64,000 nt of DNA from Blastocatellia bacterium (GCA_963765495.1 CAVXWP010000009.1:1-64000); one strand, 5' to 3'; counted from the first letter of the stretch, positions 1 to 9,770 are shown. Notes: a model not told the origin generated them from the sequence alone. Made by a program: numbers and translations.

Positions 1-1128
1 TTAGCAGAGCGGGTAGCAGACCGCCGCACCCTTGACTTGGTTGAGCGCTTCTTGAAATCGGGAGTGATGGAGAACTGCCTGTTCAAGCATACCGAGATCG
101 GTACGCCGCAGGGCGGGTTGTGCTCCCCACTTCTGGCGAACATCTACTTGCACCAGCTAGACCTCTACTGGTGGAACAAGTACGGAAGCCTTCACCGCAA
201 AGTCAAGGAGCGCCGCAGGAGAGAGCACATTGGCAACTGCGCGCTCATCCGATACGCCGACGACTGGCTGCTGTTGACCAACGGCGGCAAGCAAGAAGCG
301 TATCGCCTGCGGGATGAGTTCCAGAACTTCCTTGCGGAAGAACTGAAACTCGAACTGTCGGTCGAGAAGACGCACGTGACGCACGTCAACGACGGCTTCG
401 ACTTTCTCGGCTTTCACGTCCGCCGCTACGTCAGCAAGGACGACCGACCCAAGTTATTGGTCACACCGAGCGACAAAACGCAGGCACGGTTGAAAGCCAA
501 GATAAAGGAAATGACCGCCAGAAAGCGGTTCCTCGATCAGCCGCTGCTCAAGTTCAACGCGCTCAATGCGGTGCTGCGAGGCTGGATCAGCTACTACCGT
601 CACTGTAACGCGAAGGAAGTTGCCAAAGACCTGGACTACTGGGTCAACGAGCGGCTTTTTCTCTGGTTACAAAAACGGCATCGACTCCCAGCGAGAAGGA
701 TCCTTGCCCTTTATAAGCAGCGCCAAAATGGTACGCGCGACAACTGGGGAATCCGCAGTGGGGAGCAGATGCTTTACCTCTATCGGATGAGTGACCAGCC
801 GATCACCAAGTATCGGTCACGGAAGCTCGCCAATCCCTACATCACGGATGACTGGACGACAGAGCTTGAAACGGCAGAAGCACCGCTGCCCGAATATGTC
901 TGGGTCGGCAATGCCGAGAACAACGAGAAGTGGCGCGAAATCAAAGCTGAGGTGAAAGCAGAGCGCGGGGCGAAGTGTGAACTCTGTGGCAATCGGATGA
1001 ATCTCGACCTTCATCACCTGAAAGCCCGCCGTTATGGTGGGCAGGATGCCAAAGAGAATGCACAACTGCTTTGCGAGTCCTGCCATGTGCAAACGCCGAC
1101 GTATGGAGACCATAGCCGGATGCAATGA
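1..1128 (+). CDS. ltrA: Group II intron RT/maturase with C-terminal HNH (5' end outside the window)
   Basis: Motifs GTPQGG-SPLLANIYL, RYADD, GFDFLGF, maturase X domain and CELCG...HH...CESCH HNH. Confidence 0.93.
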   Translation, partial: LAERVADRRTLDLVERFLKSGVMENCLFKHTEIGTPQGGLCSPLLANIYLHQLDLYWWNKYGSLHRKVKERRRREHIGNCALIRYADDWLLLTNGGKQEAYRLRDEFQNFLAEELKLELSVEKTHVTHVNDGFDFLGFHVRRYVSKDDRPKLLVTPSDKTQARLKAKIKEMTARKRFLDQPLLKFNALNAVLRGWISYYRHCNAKEVAKDLDYWVNERLFLWLQKRHRLPARRILALYKQRQNGTRDNWGIRSGEQMLYLYRMSDQPITKYRSRKLANPYITDDWTTELETAEAPLPEYVWVGNAENNEKWREIKAEVKAERGAKCELCGNRMNLDLHHLKARRYGGQDAKENAQLLCESCHVQTPTYGDHSRMQ

Positions 1129-1231
1129 GGGAAAGCCGTGTGAGATGGAAACTCTCACGCACGGTTTGGAGAGAGGAGTGGAGAAACACGTATGTTGCAA
1201 GATATAAAAGTGCGCTCTGCTCCTACTCTAT
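1..1231 (+). mobile_element. Group II intron 1 (3' part), inner intron of a twintron
   Basis: The RT ORF is followed by a domain V hairpin (GAAAGCCGTGTGAGATGGAAACTCTCACGCACGGTTT, ~1132-1168) and domain VI ending ...CCTACTCTAT at 1231. Confidence 0.9.
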
Positions 1232-2223
1232 TCTCGCCGACGTTGATGAATATGACACTCGACGGGTTGGAGAAACTCCTGCGGGAGAAATATCCAAGTA
1301 ACACCCGAAGAAGCCGAAAGGCCAAAGTGAACATGGTCAGATACGCCGACGATATGATCATCACGGGCAGTTCGCCAGAACTGTTGGCGGATGAAATCAA
1401 GCCGCTGGTGGAAAAGTTCCTGCGGGAGCGGGGACTGGAACTCTCAGCAGAGAAGACCAGAATCACGCACATCGAGAAAGGGTTTGATTTTCTCGGACAA
1501 AATGTACGCAAGTACAAAGGGAAGCTGCTAATCAAACCCTCGACTGATAGCGTGAAGTCGTTATTAGAGAAAGTGCGGAGAATCATAAAGACCAACAAGC
1601 CAGCCAGTGCTGGCGAGTTGATAGTGAAGCTCAACCCGATTATCAAAGGGTGGGCCAACTATCATCGCCACGTGGTGAGCAAGCGGGTCTTCAGTCAGGT
1701 GGATCGGGCGATCTTCGAGAGTTTGTGGCAATGGGCGAGAAGAAGGCATGCAGCCAAAGGCAAACAATGGGTGGCGAAGAAATATTTTCTACATCCCAGG
1801 ACAGGCCAATGGGTGTTCTTCGGACAAGTAAGAGGAAAAGATGGAGCGATCCAAACGGTCCGTCTAACGAAAGCCTCCGGTATGCCCATCCAAAGGCATA
1901 TCAAGATCAGAGGAGAAGCCAATCCGTATGACCCGCAGTGGGAGGAATACTTTGAACAACGCCTCGGTGTTGAAATGGTAAACCTCCTGAAAGGGAAACA
2001 ACGGCTGCTCAAGTTATGGAAACAACAAAAAGGAGAATGCCTTGTATGTGACCAGCCGATCACAAAAACAACGGGCTGGCATATCCATCACCTGGTACCG
2101 CGCACGAAAGGAGGCGGAGACCAGGTAGGCAATCTCGTTTTGTTGCATCCGACCTGCCACAATCAGGTGCATTCTACGGGATTGGAAGTGGTGAAGCCGC
2201 GTCCAGCAAAGGGCGTTAGCTAA
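1232..2223 (+). CDS. ltrA: Group II intron RT/maturase/HNH, 3' segment of an ORF interrupted by intron 1
   Basis: RYADD, GFDFLG, NPIIKGWANY, ANPYDP and HHLVP..GG...NLVLLHPTCH motifs. The 1192 start in the ORF track lies inside intron 1. Confidence 0.88.
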
Positions 2224-2303
2224 GGCTTGAGCTGCATGCGTGGGAACGCGCCCGTGCAGTTCTTAGGGGAGGGGGCAGCAGCAATACTGCCTCCTTACCC
2301 GAC
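1232..2303 (+). mobile_element. Group II intron 2 (3' part), outer intron, inserted in an IS3 transposase
   Basis: The ORF resumes at (I)SPTLMNMTLDGLE. Domain V GAGCTGCATGCGTGGGAACGCGCCCGTGCAGTTC at ~2229-2262, and the intron ends ...TTACCCGAC at 2303. Confidence 0.9.
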
Positions 2304-2533
2304 TATATAAAAGGTTACACGTCGCCGCGCGAAACGCGGGTTGGAATAGGCAGCTATCTGGAGTTCTATAATGACAGGCGCGTGCATCAAGCCTTGGCTT
2401 ATCGAACGCCAGCCGAAATCCACTTCGGGCTTTGAATTGAACAAGAACCATGTTTATGGCCGACTCAAATGAAAGGAGCAAAACCCACCTTAAAAGTGGT
2501 CGAATTTTTGTCTTGATTTTGGGGTCCACTATA
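2304..2533 (+). mobile_element. 3' end of an IS3-family element (orfB tail plus right end)
   Basis: 2304-2473 is near-identical to 36001-36170 (YIKGYTSPRETRVGIGSYLEFYNDRRVHQALAYRTPAEIHFGL*). The end TTGTCTTGATTTTGGGGTCCACTATA resembles the IS3 end at 41507. Confidence 0.85.
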
Positions 2534-2818
2534 GGTCGTGGTTGGAATCATCCATCAAGAAGGGGACGACGCCGACCCTTTGCAGAAGTGGTATTCTGAC
2601 CAGAAAGATCTGAGATTCGATGAACAGATCATCAATCAAGTAATGGAATTCATCAAGCAGCATAAAGCCGTGACAGTTGTGACGCCGGAGCGGATAATCG
2701 GATGTCCGCACGAAGAGGGGATAGATTATGCAGAAGGGACAAGTTGTCCAGAGTGTCCATACTGGGAAGGGAGGGACCGCTGGACAGGGGATATGGAAAA
2801 CGAGAGCAAACTTATTAA

Positions 2819-4354
2819 CTCGACTGTTGTGTTTTAGGTGAAAAGCAACCAATCAACAAGCCATAATTGGATGTTGTTTAGCAAAAAGCCTGGCGAAAGT
2901 TGCAGACACAGATTCCCCCTGTTGTATTAAGTTGTGTGCTTTCATTATCAAGTTTTCAAGCGATGCTTGTCCTTGTTGCCGACAGGCTTCGCCAATAGTT
3001 CTTATAGGCCGAAGCAGCGGCTGACGTTTCTTCGGTGACGCTTCCAGACAATCCAGATGTAATAGAGAGTAGGCTACGAAGACCAGACACCAATGTTTTT
3101 TAGCGGCTTCGGCTCCTCGCATTCGATATTCGTCTAACCCAAGATGTCCTTTGCTGTCCTGATAAAACGTCTCTATCGGCCAGCGTTGCAGATAACTCTC
3201 AATTATTTTCTTAGCTGACCAATCGGTTCGATTTGTCACTATCACTGCATATGTTCCCTCAAGGCTCGCATCTGAATAACTGATGACCAGACGCACTTTT
3301 CCCAAATCCGGGATGCTAAGATTCAACGCAAAATACCAATACTCTTTTTCATCAACTTTCACCGACTTAAACGCCCTTGCCGGTATCAACTTCACTAACT
3401 CTTCAACTTTGACGTGTGGCCCGGCTATCTCTATCTTCTTCCCCTCGGCATCGCGCAAAGTGAAACTCGCTGTCTCTATTTTGCGATTCTTTTTCAGCAA
3501 ACTCACCCAATCCAACCCATGTTTTTGCAAACACTCAATAATCAGAGGAGCTAGATACCAACTGTCCATCAAGACTATTTTGAAAGGCAATTTGCGTCCT
3601 ACTGCGTCTTGGATTAGCTGCACCCCCAACATTATCTTAGTCTCAAACTCCGTGTGCAGACGCGCGAACTCAGGGTCTGAAAGCAACTTTTTATCAACTT
3701 CTTTATGAAACTTATTTCGCTCTTTGCTCCGGGTTGGAATTTTGCGATCAGGAAAATATTTCCCGACAAAAACCTCCCAATTAGTCTTCTCTTCATAACG
3801 GCGATAAAGACGTGCCGAGACAGGAAAACGCACTGCTCCACTTACGAAATGGCTAGTCACTAAATTGTGCGCCAACGGATAAGTTCCGTCGCAATGATCA
3901 TAATGACGTGAAACATACTCAAACAAACTCCCAAAGTGCTCGCACAGAGTGTCATCCAACAACAAACAAGAATCCTTAGCCGCTCTCAGATGCTTTTGTG
4001 TCTGCTCAATTAGATACTCGACTCGACGGTCATTGACCAGGCTCTCGCTCCAAGGCGATTGAGAGAAAAACCGAGATAGATTGGTTTTGTCTGCGCTTGA
4101 TAAGACACACCGAGAGATGTTGCTCAAGCTTTTGTTGTCTAATAAAATCAACCCTGTCAGATAGTTTTGAAAATGCTCGTACTGACAACAGTTCTCAAAT
4201 AAATCACGAAAAGCCACGGAATGCTTTTCAACTATTGGCGATGGTGCAACAATCGGTACTTGCATGGAAATCATCCAACCTATTCTTATAATCTGTTACC
4301 TTGTCCCAAGCAGGATTATAACCCCGTTGGATAATTCAAAACACAACAGTCGAG
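2819..4354 (-). mobile_element. IS701-family element
   Basis: Inverted repeats CTCGACTGTTGTGTTTT / AAAACACAACAGTCGAG, flanked by direct repeat TTATTAA. Confidence 0.85.
2853..4274 (-). CDS. IS701-family DDE transposase
   Basis: LLLDDT, MDSWY and RWPIETFYQDSKGHLGLDEY motifs. Confidence 0.9.
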   Translation of the reverse strand: MISMQVPIVAPSPIVEKHSVAFRDLFENCCQYEHFQNYLTGLILLDNKSLSNISRCVLSSADKTNLSRFFSQSPWSESLVNDRRVEYLIEQTQKHLRAAKDSCLLLDDTLCEHFGSLFEYVSRHYDHCDGTYPLAHNLVTSHFVSGAVRFPVSARLYRRYEEKTNWEVFVGKYFPDRKIPTRSKERNKFHKEVDKKLLSDPEFARLHTEFETKIMLGVQLIQDAVGRKLPFKIVLMDSWYLAPLIIECLQKHGLDWVSLLKKNRKIETASFTLRDAEGKKIEIAGPHVKVEELVKLIPARAFKSVKVDEKEYWYFALNLSIPDLGKVRLVISYSDASLEGTYAVIVTNRTDWSAKKIIESYLQRWPIETFYQDSKGHLGLDEYRMRGAEAAKKHWCLVFVAYSLLHLDCLEASPKKRQPLLRPIRTIGEACRQQGQASLENLIMKAHNLIQQGESVSATFARLFAKQHPIMAC

Positions 4355-4397
4355 TTATTAACTAACGAGAGTGGAAGGAATCTGACGAGGAGGGGAA

Positions 4398-4482
4398 GCC
4401 TAACTGAGGCATTCAGCGGACCCGCATACCAACTTTTCATTATCCCTGAGTCCACAGCGGGCCGCTGATGCCTGCGTTAGGC
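4398..4482 (+). repeat. attC site
   Basis: GCCTAAC...CAGCGGACCCGC...GCGGGCCGCTG...GTTAGGC. Confidence 0.92.
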
Positions 4483-4536
4483 TCACAGGTCCCACCTTCA
4501 ATTTGCATCTGAGTGAACTTATAATAGAATGCCATT

Positions 4537-4773
4537 ATGAGCAGCAAGACAGTAAATATCCACGATGCCAAAAATTCTCTCTCAGAGTTAGTGTCTTTAG
4601 CTTTGGAGGGTAATGAAGTAATTATTGCCGAAGATAATACTCCATTGGTACGGCTAATCCCCATTAAACGATCAATACGGGCTCGTATCCCTGGTTTGAA
4701 TTGTGGCGAAATTTGGACCAGTGACGACTTCGATCAACCCCTACCTGAATCATTTTGGACAGAAACAGTATGA
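4537..4773 (+). CDS. Phd/YefM-type antitoxin
   Basis: VNIHDAKNSLSELV...GNEVIIA and DDFDQPLP motifs; overlaps the PIN gene. Confidence 0.88.
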   Translation: MSSKTVNIHDAKNSLSELVSLALEGNEVIIAEDNTPLVRLIPIKRSIRARIPGLNCGEIWTSDDFDQPLPESFWTETV

Positions 4774-5156
4774 AACTGCTTCTCGATACCCATACCTTCA
4801 TCTGGTGGTCGAATGAGCCTACGAGACTTTCTGAAAATGCGCTCATTGCTTGCCAGGATAACAACAATACTTTGATCCTAAGCGTTGTAAGTGTATGGGA
4901 GATGGAAATCAAGATGCAGTTAGGGAAACTAAAAATTAGCCGTCCGATGGAAGAGTGGATTAAGAGCCAACAGCAGACAAATGGGTTACAAGTTCTGCCT
5001 GTAGAATTGACCCATGTACTCAACTTGGGCAGTCTGCCTTTACATCACAAAGATCCTTTTGACCGTTTGTTGATCGCCCAAGCAGTAGTAGAAGGAGCGA
5101 CGCTTGTGAGCGTGGACCCAATATTTTCAAACTATAGTGCTAATGTATTGTGGTAA
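4770..5156 (+). CDS. vapC: VapC/PIN toxin
   Basis: MKLLLDTHTFIW, SVWEM and HKDPFDRLLIAQA motifs. Confidence 0.92.
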   Translation: MKLLLDTHTFIWWSNEPTRLSENALIACQDNNNTLILSVVSVWEMEIKMQLGKLKISRPMEEWIKSQQQTNGLQVLPVELTHVLNLGSLPLHHKDPFDRLLIAQAVVEGATLVSVDPIFSNYSANVLW

Positions 5157-5182
5157 ACGAGGGAAACAATCTCTTGGGCGCA

Positions 5183-5267
5183 GCCTAACTGCTCATTCCA
5201 GCGGACGCGCTTTCCACCATCTCGCGTTCCACCAGCTACCGGCGCGCCGCTGAACTCGTCGTTAGGC
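5183..5267 (+). repeat. attC site
   Basis: GCCTAACTGCTCATTCCAGCGGACGCGC...GCGCGCCGCTGAACTCGTCGTTAGGC. Confidence 0.93.
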
Positions 5268-5621
5268 GTCAGATCATCGCTGGAACCGATACGACTCTTC
5301 AAGCGATGATGCGAAAACATGTTCAGGTAAGTCATCATAAGGACAGCTACTTGCTCGCTTCTCTTTCCTCTTTACCTCATACTCGTTCCTCCCGAAACTA
5401 TCTTTCAGCATGGCTCAATGATAATGCTGCCTCTCAAGGATACTTTCGCAGTGCAATCACCATTTGAGCCAAGCGCCAGAGAAGACCTGCCAGGTATGAA
5501 TGAACTTCACGCATCAAGCAGCTTCCCTGACCATAGCAGGAAAACCTGTATCCAACAGAGAACCTGAGAAATGGAGGAATGTATTGAGCAAGGCTCAAGA
5601 AAATGAAGCACTCAAGGGGCC
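5268..5621 (+). other. ORF-less cassette, family I
   Basis: Bounded by attC sites, has no credible ORF, and shares motifs with the other family members. Confidence 0.8.
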
Positions 5622-5706
5622 GCCTAACCGCTCAATCAACCGGACCCGCATACCACCGTTTCATTATCCCTGTGGCCACTGCGGGCCGGTTATCTCGGTG
5701 TTAGGC
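5622..5706 (+). repeat. attC site
   Basis: GCCTAACCGCTCAATCAACCGGACCCGC...GCGGGCCGGTTATCTCGGTGTTAGGC. Confidence 0.93.
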
Positions 5707-6090
5707 GTCAGAATACCGCTGAACCGATACGACTCATCAAGCGGTGATAAGTTCTGGCAAGTCATCGTGAGAACTGCTACTTGCTCGCCTCTCATCCCTC
5801 TTTCCCCATTACTACTCTCCCTGTTCACTCAACTCTCCTCCTTTAACAGATACTGTTTTCTTCCAAAGCAGGCTTCTACCACTGCTCAAAAATAGACATG
5901 CCTATCAAAGATACCTTCATAGGGCAATAGCCTGTTGAGGGGAGTGGCAGACAAGAGTGATTGGTAAAGCGAAACTGGCACATCAAGCTGCTTTCCCGAC
6001 AATATCAGGAAAAGCAATTGCCGGAAGAGAGACTGAGAAAGGAGAGATTATAGTCAGCAAAGAGGAAGAAAATGAAACGAAGAAAGAGCC
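5707..6090 (+). other. ORF-less cassette, family I
   Basis: Same conserved blocks as 5268-5621. Confidence 0.8.
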
Positions 6091-6175
6091 GCCTAACTGC
6101 TCATTCCAGCGGACGCGCATTCCACCGTTTCGTGTTCCGCCAGCTACCAGCGCGCCGCTGAACTCGTCGTTAGAC
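6091..6175 (+). repeat. attC site
   Basis: GCCTAAC...GTTAGAC. Confidence 0.93.
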
Positions 6176-6217
6176 GCTTGCCTGTGACTGGCCGTATTAT
6201 GGAATCGGAGGTGCATT

Positions 6218-6658
6218 ATGAAAGCTTTCTTCGCCATTTTGTTTATCTGCATAACTGCTAACGCACAATCCCGAGAAGAACTCCTCAAGAAATATGGCTC
6301 ACCTATCTCAGAGACACTCACTATCCGACCCGATGTCTTTGTTACCTTTAGATATTCTGAGACCGGAGATGTCTGCGAAATGATAATCCATCGGCAACAG
6401 TTAACATCGGACTTAAATTACCCAATAACGAAGACTATGCGATCAAAGGAACTAACGGAAATAATTGATGAGTTGGTACCAATAAGCCAGCGTGGGAAAC
6501 AACTCATGGGAAACTTTCTTAACATGAGGTGCTTACCTTTAGATAATTGCTGGGGAGGAGTGGACAACTACGAGCGGGTTACGATTTTGCGCAATGGCGG
6601 GGATAACAAAGAGCGGTATGCAAGGATTCGATGGAAAGAGATTGCCTGTCGTGAATAA
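6218..6658 (+). CDS. Secreted hypothetical protein (cassette)
   Basis: GGAGG RBS, signal peptide MKAFFAILFICITANA, and it fills the cassette. Confidence 0.8.
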   Translation: MKAFFAILFICITANAQSREELLKKYGSPISETLTIRPDVFVTFRYSETGDVCEMIIHRQQLTSDLNYPITKTMRSKELTEIIDELVPISQRGKQLMGNFLNMRCLPLDNCWGGVDNYERVTILRNGGDNKERYARIRWKEIACRE

Positions 6659-6664
6659 CTACGC

Positions 6665-6751
6665 GTCTAACAAGCCGGTTCGACCGGACGCGCTATCCAA
6701 CTACTCAGGTTCCAACAACTACCAGCGCGCCGGTCAACCGGGGCGTTAGGC
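6665..6751 (+). repeat. attC site
   Basis: GTCTAAC...GTTAGGC palindrome. Confidence 0.9.
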
Positions 6752-6868
6752 TCTCTTAGTGACCTGAAATCACTGACATGGAATAATCCTCAGAGAATTT
6801 CGCTTGGTTACTTCTCCCCTAGAATTGGAGACTTTGGACTTCAATCACTTTTCCCGTATAATTGTCGT

Positions 6869-7312
6869 ATGTTATTTCCGCGTTACGAACTGAAAGCTGA
6901 TGAGAGTTTGACAATCTTTCAGTTTGTGAGTGTTGGAAGGAAAGGCCAAATTCCTAAGATTGTCCAATATTCGGAAACGAACCTGGAAGGATTTTACAAT
7001 CTTGGGTTTGGCGACAAGGATTCACAGACAGGAGAAATTGACGATACAGTAATTTCAGACAACGGAGATAGTCAAAAAGTTTTAGCGACCGTCGCCGCTA
7101 CAGTTTATGCTTTCACTGAAAAATATCCAGAGGCTTGGATTTATGCAACAGGAAGTACAAAATCTCGAACTAGGCTTTATAGAATTGGGGTGACGAACAA
7201 TTTGGACGAGATTATCGAAGATTTTGAACTGTACGGATTAAGACACGGCAAGTGGGAAGAATTTGTAAGAGGCATTGAGTACGAGGCGTTTTTGGTCAGA
7301 CGAAGGAGTTAA
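6869..7312 (+). CDS. DUF6934-like protein
   Basis: FVSVGRKG, YNLGFGD, NGDSQKVLATVA and GSTKSRTRLYR motifs recalled from this family. Confidence 0.7.
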   Translation: MLFPRYELKADESLTIFQFVSVGRKGQIPKIVQYSETNLEGFYNLGFGDKDSQTGEIDDTVISDNGDSQKVLATVAATVYAFTEKYPEAWIYATGSTKSRTRLYRIGVTNNLDEIIEDFELYGLRHGKWEEFVRGIEYEAFLVRRRS

Positions 7313-7316
7313 ACCG

Positions 7317-7484
7317 ATGAGAAAGATCGAAGAATTGAACAAATCGAAATTGCCGGTGGTTAGAATTGATAAGGAGTTAGGCAAGTACAAAGATAAAATT
7401 CTTTTTGAAGAGAAAGTTGAGAAGGCAAACGAAACCTTAAAAAAGGTAGGTTTGCCAAAAGTATTGGAAAAATCAAAAGCGTAA
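7317..7484 (+). CDS. Small basic partner protein
   Basis: AAGGAG RBS then MRKIEELNKSK...LFEEKVEKANETLKKVGLP; second gene of the cassette. Confidence 0.7.
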   Translation: MRKIEELNKSKLPVVRIDKELGKYKDKILFEEKVEKANETLKKVGLPKVLEKSKA

Positions 7485-7587
7485 CAAGCCATCCTGCTGA
7501 AGTCCTAATGTCTCGATAGACGGCTGGACGCAATAGACTGCCTACAAATATCTGATATACAAGGAGATAAACTCAACCCAGCACGAA

Positions 7588-7672
7588 GCCTAACTGCTCA
7601 TTCCAGCGGACGCGCATTCCACCTCCTCGTGTTCCAACAACTACCAGCGCGCCGCTGAATTCGTCGTTAGGC
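7588..7672 (+). repeat. attC site
   Basis: Host-type attC consensus. Confidence 0.93.
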
Positions 7673-7745
7673 TCGCACTTGTCTACTGGAACTCGCTTGC
7701 TTTTCTTACTTGACTTATTGGCCTCTTCGTAATTACATTGTGCTT

Positions 7746-8000
7746 ATGAAATCTCGTATTATAAAAATTGGTAATTCCCAAGGTATTCGCATCCCAAAGT
7801 TACTCTTGGAACAGAGTAACATTACTGATGAGGTTGACCTTGAGGCACTCGACAATCAAATTATTATTCGATCTGCTCAGCATCCCAGGCATGTTTGGGA
7901 TCAAGCCTTTCAAACTATGACTGAAAATCAGGATGATTCATCTGTTGATGACTATTTTCCTAACTCAACTAAATGGGATGAAGAAGAGTGGCAATGGTAG
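7746..8000 (+). CDS. mazE: AbrB/MazE antitoxin
   Basis: KIGNSQGIRIPK AbrB motif. Confidence 0.9.
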   Translation: MKSRIIKIGNSQGIRIPKLLLEQSNITDEVDLEALDNQIIIRSAQHPRHVWDQAFQTMTENQDDSSVDDYFPNSTKWDEEEWQW

Positions 8001-8317
8001 TCAGGAGATTTGAAGTCTATCTCATCAATCTTGATCCTACAATTGGCAGTGAGATTAAGAAGACACGGCCTTGTTTAATCATTTCCCCTGATGAAATGAA
8101 TAGACATATTAACACTGTGATTGTGGCTCCAATGACAACGAAAGGAAGAAGCTACCCAACGAGAGTTGCTTTGACATTCCAAGGCAAAAAAGGCCAAATC
8201 GTATTGGATCAGATTCGGACTGTTGACAAAGTAAGACTCGTAAGAAAATTAGGGAAGGTTAACAGGAAAATAGAATCAGATGTTTTGACAGTATTAACAG
8301 AGATGTTCGCCCCCTAA
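7994..8317 (+). CDS. mazF: PemK/MazF toxin
   Basis: LDPTIGSEIKKTRPCLIIS and DQIRTVDKVRL motifs. Confidence 0.92.
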   Translation: MVVRRFEVYLINLDPTIGSEIKKTRPCLIISPDEMNRHINTVIVAPMTTKGRSYPTRVALTFQGKKGQIVLDQIRTVDKVRLVRKLGKVNRKIESDVLTVLTEMFAP

Positions 8318-8321
8318 CTGA

Positions 8322-8407
8322 GCCTAACTGCTCATTCCAGCGGACGCGCTTGCCACCCCCTCGATTGCATCGTGAGCCACAGCGCGCCGCTGAATTCGGT
8401 GTTAGGC
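8322..8407 (+). repeat. attC site
   Basis: Host-type attC consensus. Confidence 0.93.
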
Positions 8408-8450
8408 GGCGGGTAACAGCATTCTTCAATTTCTTTTGGAGGGTTTACAC

Positions 8451-8693
8451 ATGATCACTGAGAAGACACACTGCCCAAAGTGCAGCGGCGAGATGGTTCA
8501 AGGGTTCATCGTCGACTGGAGTCATGGAGGTACCCGTCGCGTCAGTAGCTGGGACGAAGGGGCGCCGGAGAAGTCGTTCTGGTGGGGCACGAAGAATTCC
8601 CCGAAGGAGAAGCAGGTTCCAGTGGGGACGTTCCGTTGTTCGGCGTGCGGCTTCCTGGAATCGTATGCCCGTCCAGAATTCGACGCCCGGTAA
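8451..8693 (+). CDS. Small Zn-ribbon protein (PF20097-like)
   Basis: CPKC..EM..G and RC..CGFLESYA; GGAGG RBS. Confidence 0.75.
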   Translation: MITEKTHCPKCSGEMVQGFIVDWSHGGTRRVSSWDEGAPEKSFWWGTKNSPKEKQVPVGTFRCSACGFLESYARPEFDAR

Positions 8694-8719
8694 CGGAACC
8701 AGGTGCTCCGGTACACGCT

Positions 8720-8822
8720 GCCTAACTACTCATTCAACCGGAGCGCGAATAGCGCGGCTTTCATGCGCGAGGCTTGGCTTTAATTGGCGGCTCGTCGCGC
8801 CCGGTTAATTCGAGCGTTAGGC
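8720..8822 (+). repeat. attC site (longer, non-host type)
   Basis: GCCTAAC...AACCGGAGCGCGA...TCGCGCCCGGTTAA...GTTAGGC. Confidence 0.85.
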
Positions 8823-9248
8823 GTCAATCTCAAAAGCGACACGACTCATCAAGCAGTGATGTGTAAACCTGATCAGGTGAGACATCACGAGGACAGCTAC
8901 TTGCTCGCCTCTCGCTCCTCTTTACCCGATTCAACTCTGTTTGTTTCTCTCAACTCTCCCTTATCTGAACTCCTTTCTTCTGATGCTCTCTTTTCAGGCT
9001 TGCTCAAAGATAAACCTATCTCGCAAAGATACTCCGGCAGCCAATTACCTGTTGAGCAAAGAGCCAGAGAAGACTGATTGGAAAGGAGGAGCTTGGCACA
9101 TCAAGCAGTTTCCCCGACAAGAAAACCTGCCCCAGCGGAGAAGGTATGAATTGCGCGCAAGAGGAGAAACTGAGATGAAACAGGAGATGAGAAATGGAAG
9201 AAGCCTGTCAGGAAAGCCCAAGGAAATGAATGAATCCCGAAAGGAGCC
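8823..9248 (+). other. ORF-less cassette, family I
   Basis: Family motifs; bounded by attC sites. Confidence 0.8.
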
Positions 9249-9334
9249 GCCTAACTGCTCATTCCAGCGGACGCGCATTCCAGCTACTCAGTTGAAGCGG
9301 AGGCCACGGCGCGCCGCTGAACTCGGTGTTAGGC
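9249..9334 (+). repeat. attC site
   Basis: Host-type attC consensus. Confidence 0.93.
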
Positions 9335-9770
9335 GTCAGATCACCGACGAAAGGGAGACGACTCAGTTTGCCTTGCTGTTGAAACCTGTCCAGGCAAGTC
9401 ATCGCCAGGACCCCTACTTGCTCGATTCTCTTGCCTCTTTATCCCCTTCTGCTCTGCTGTGTCTCTCATCCCTGCTCCTTCATCTGACACTTCTTTCTCC
9501 CAAAGCAGTCTTTCAGCATTGCTCATATAAACCTGTCTGGCGAAGAAGCCTGTTCAGCCGATTGCCTGTTGAGACAAGCATCAGAGAGGCGAGTTTGGAA
9601 AAGAGGAAGTAGGCAGATCAAAAAGCTTCCCCGACGAAAGAGAGCAACACCTGTCGCACGAGAGAGGAAATGACCTGTGAGGAAGAAGAGAAACTGTGCA
9701 GAAACGAGAGATAAGAATAGGAGGGTTATGATCAGGAAAGCTCAAGAAGGATGAATCGGCGAAGGAAGCC
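9335..9770 (+). other. ORF-less cassette, family I (divergent)
   Basis: Family 5' and 3' motifs; bounded by attC sites. Confidence 0.75.

Larger units (their letters stand above)
2534..4365 (+). pseudogene. Cassette gene remnant (Cys-rich GCPHEEG..CPECPYW), cut by IS3 at its 5' side and by IS701 at its last codons
   Basis: ORF 2538-2818. Removing IS701 restores ...KLIN* just upstream of the attC at 4398. Confidence 0.6.

Noticed and set aside
1-2223. Retron, DGR or defence-RT interpretation of the RT genes
   Set aside because: Both have maturase and HNH domains and are followed by domain V/VI structures, so they are group II introns. They are not inserted at attC, so they are not IIC-attC introns either.
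8941-9612. ORFs running through ORF-less cassettes and attC (PPNCSFQRTR / PLNSSLG peptides)
   Set aside because: These are translations of attC and neighbouring non-coding DNA. They cross cassette boundaries and the frames are not conserved among family members.
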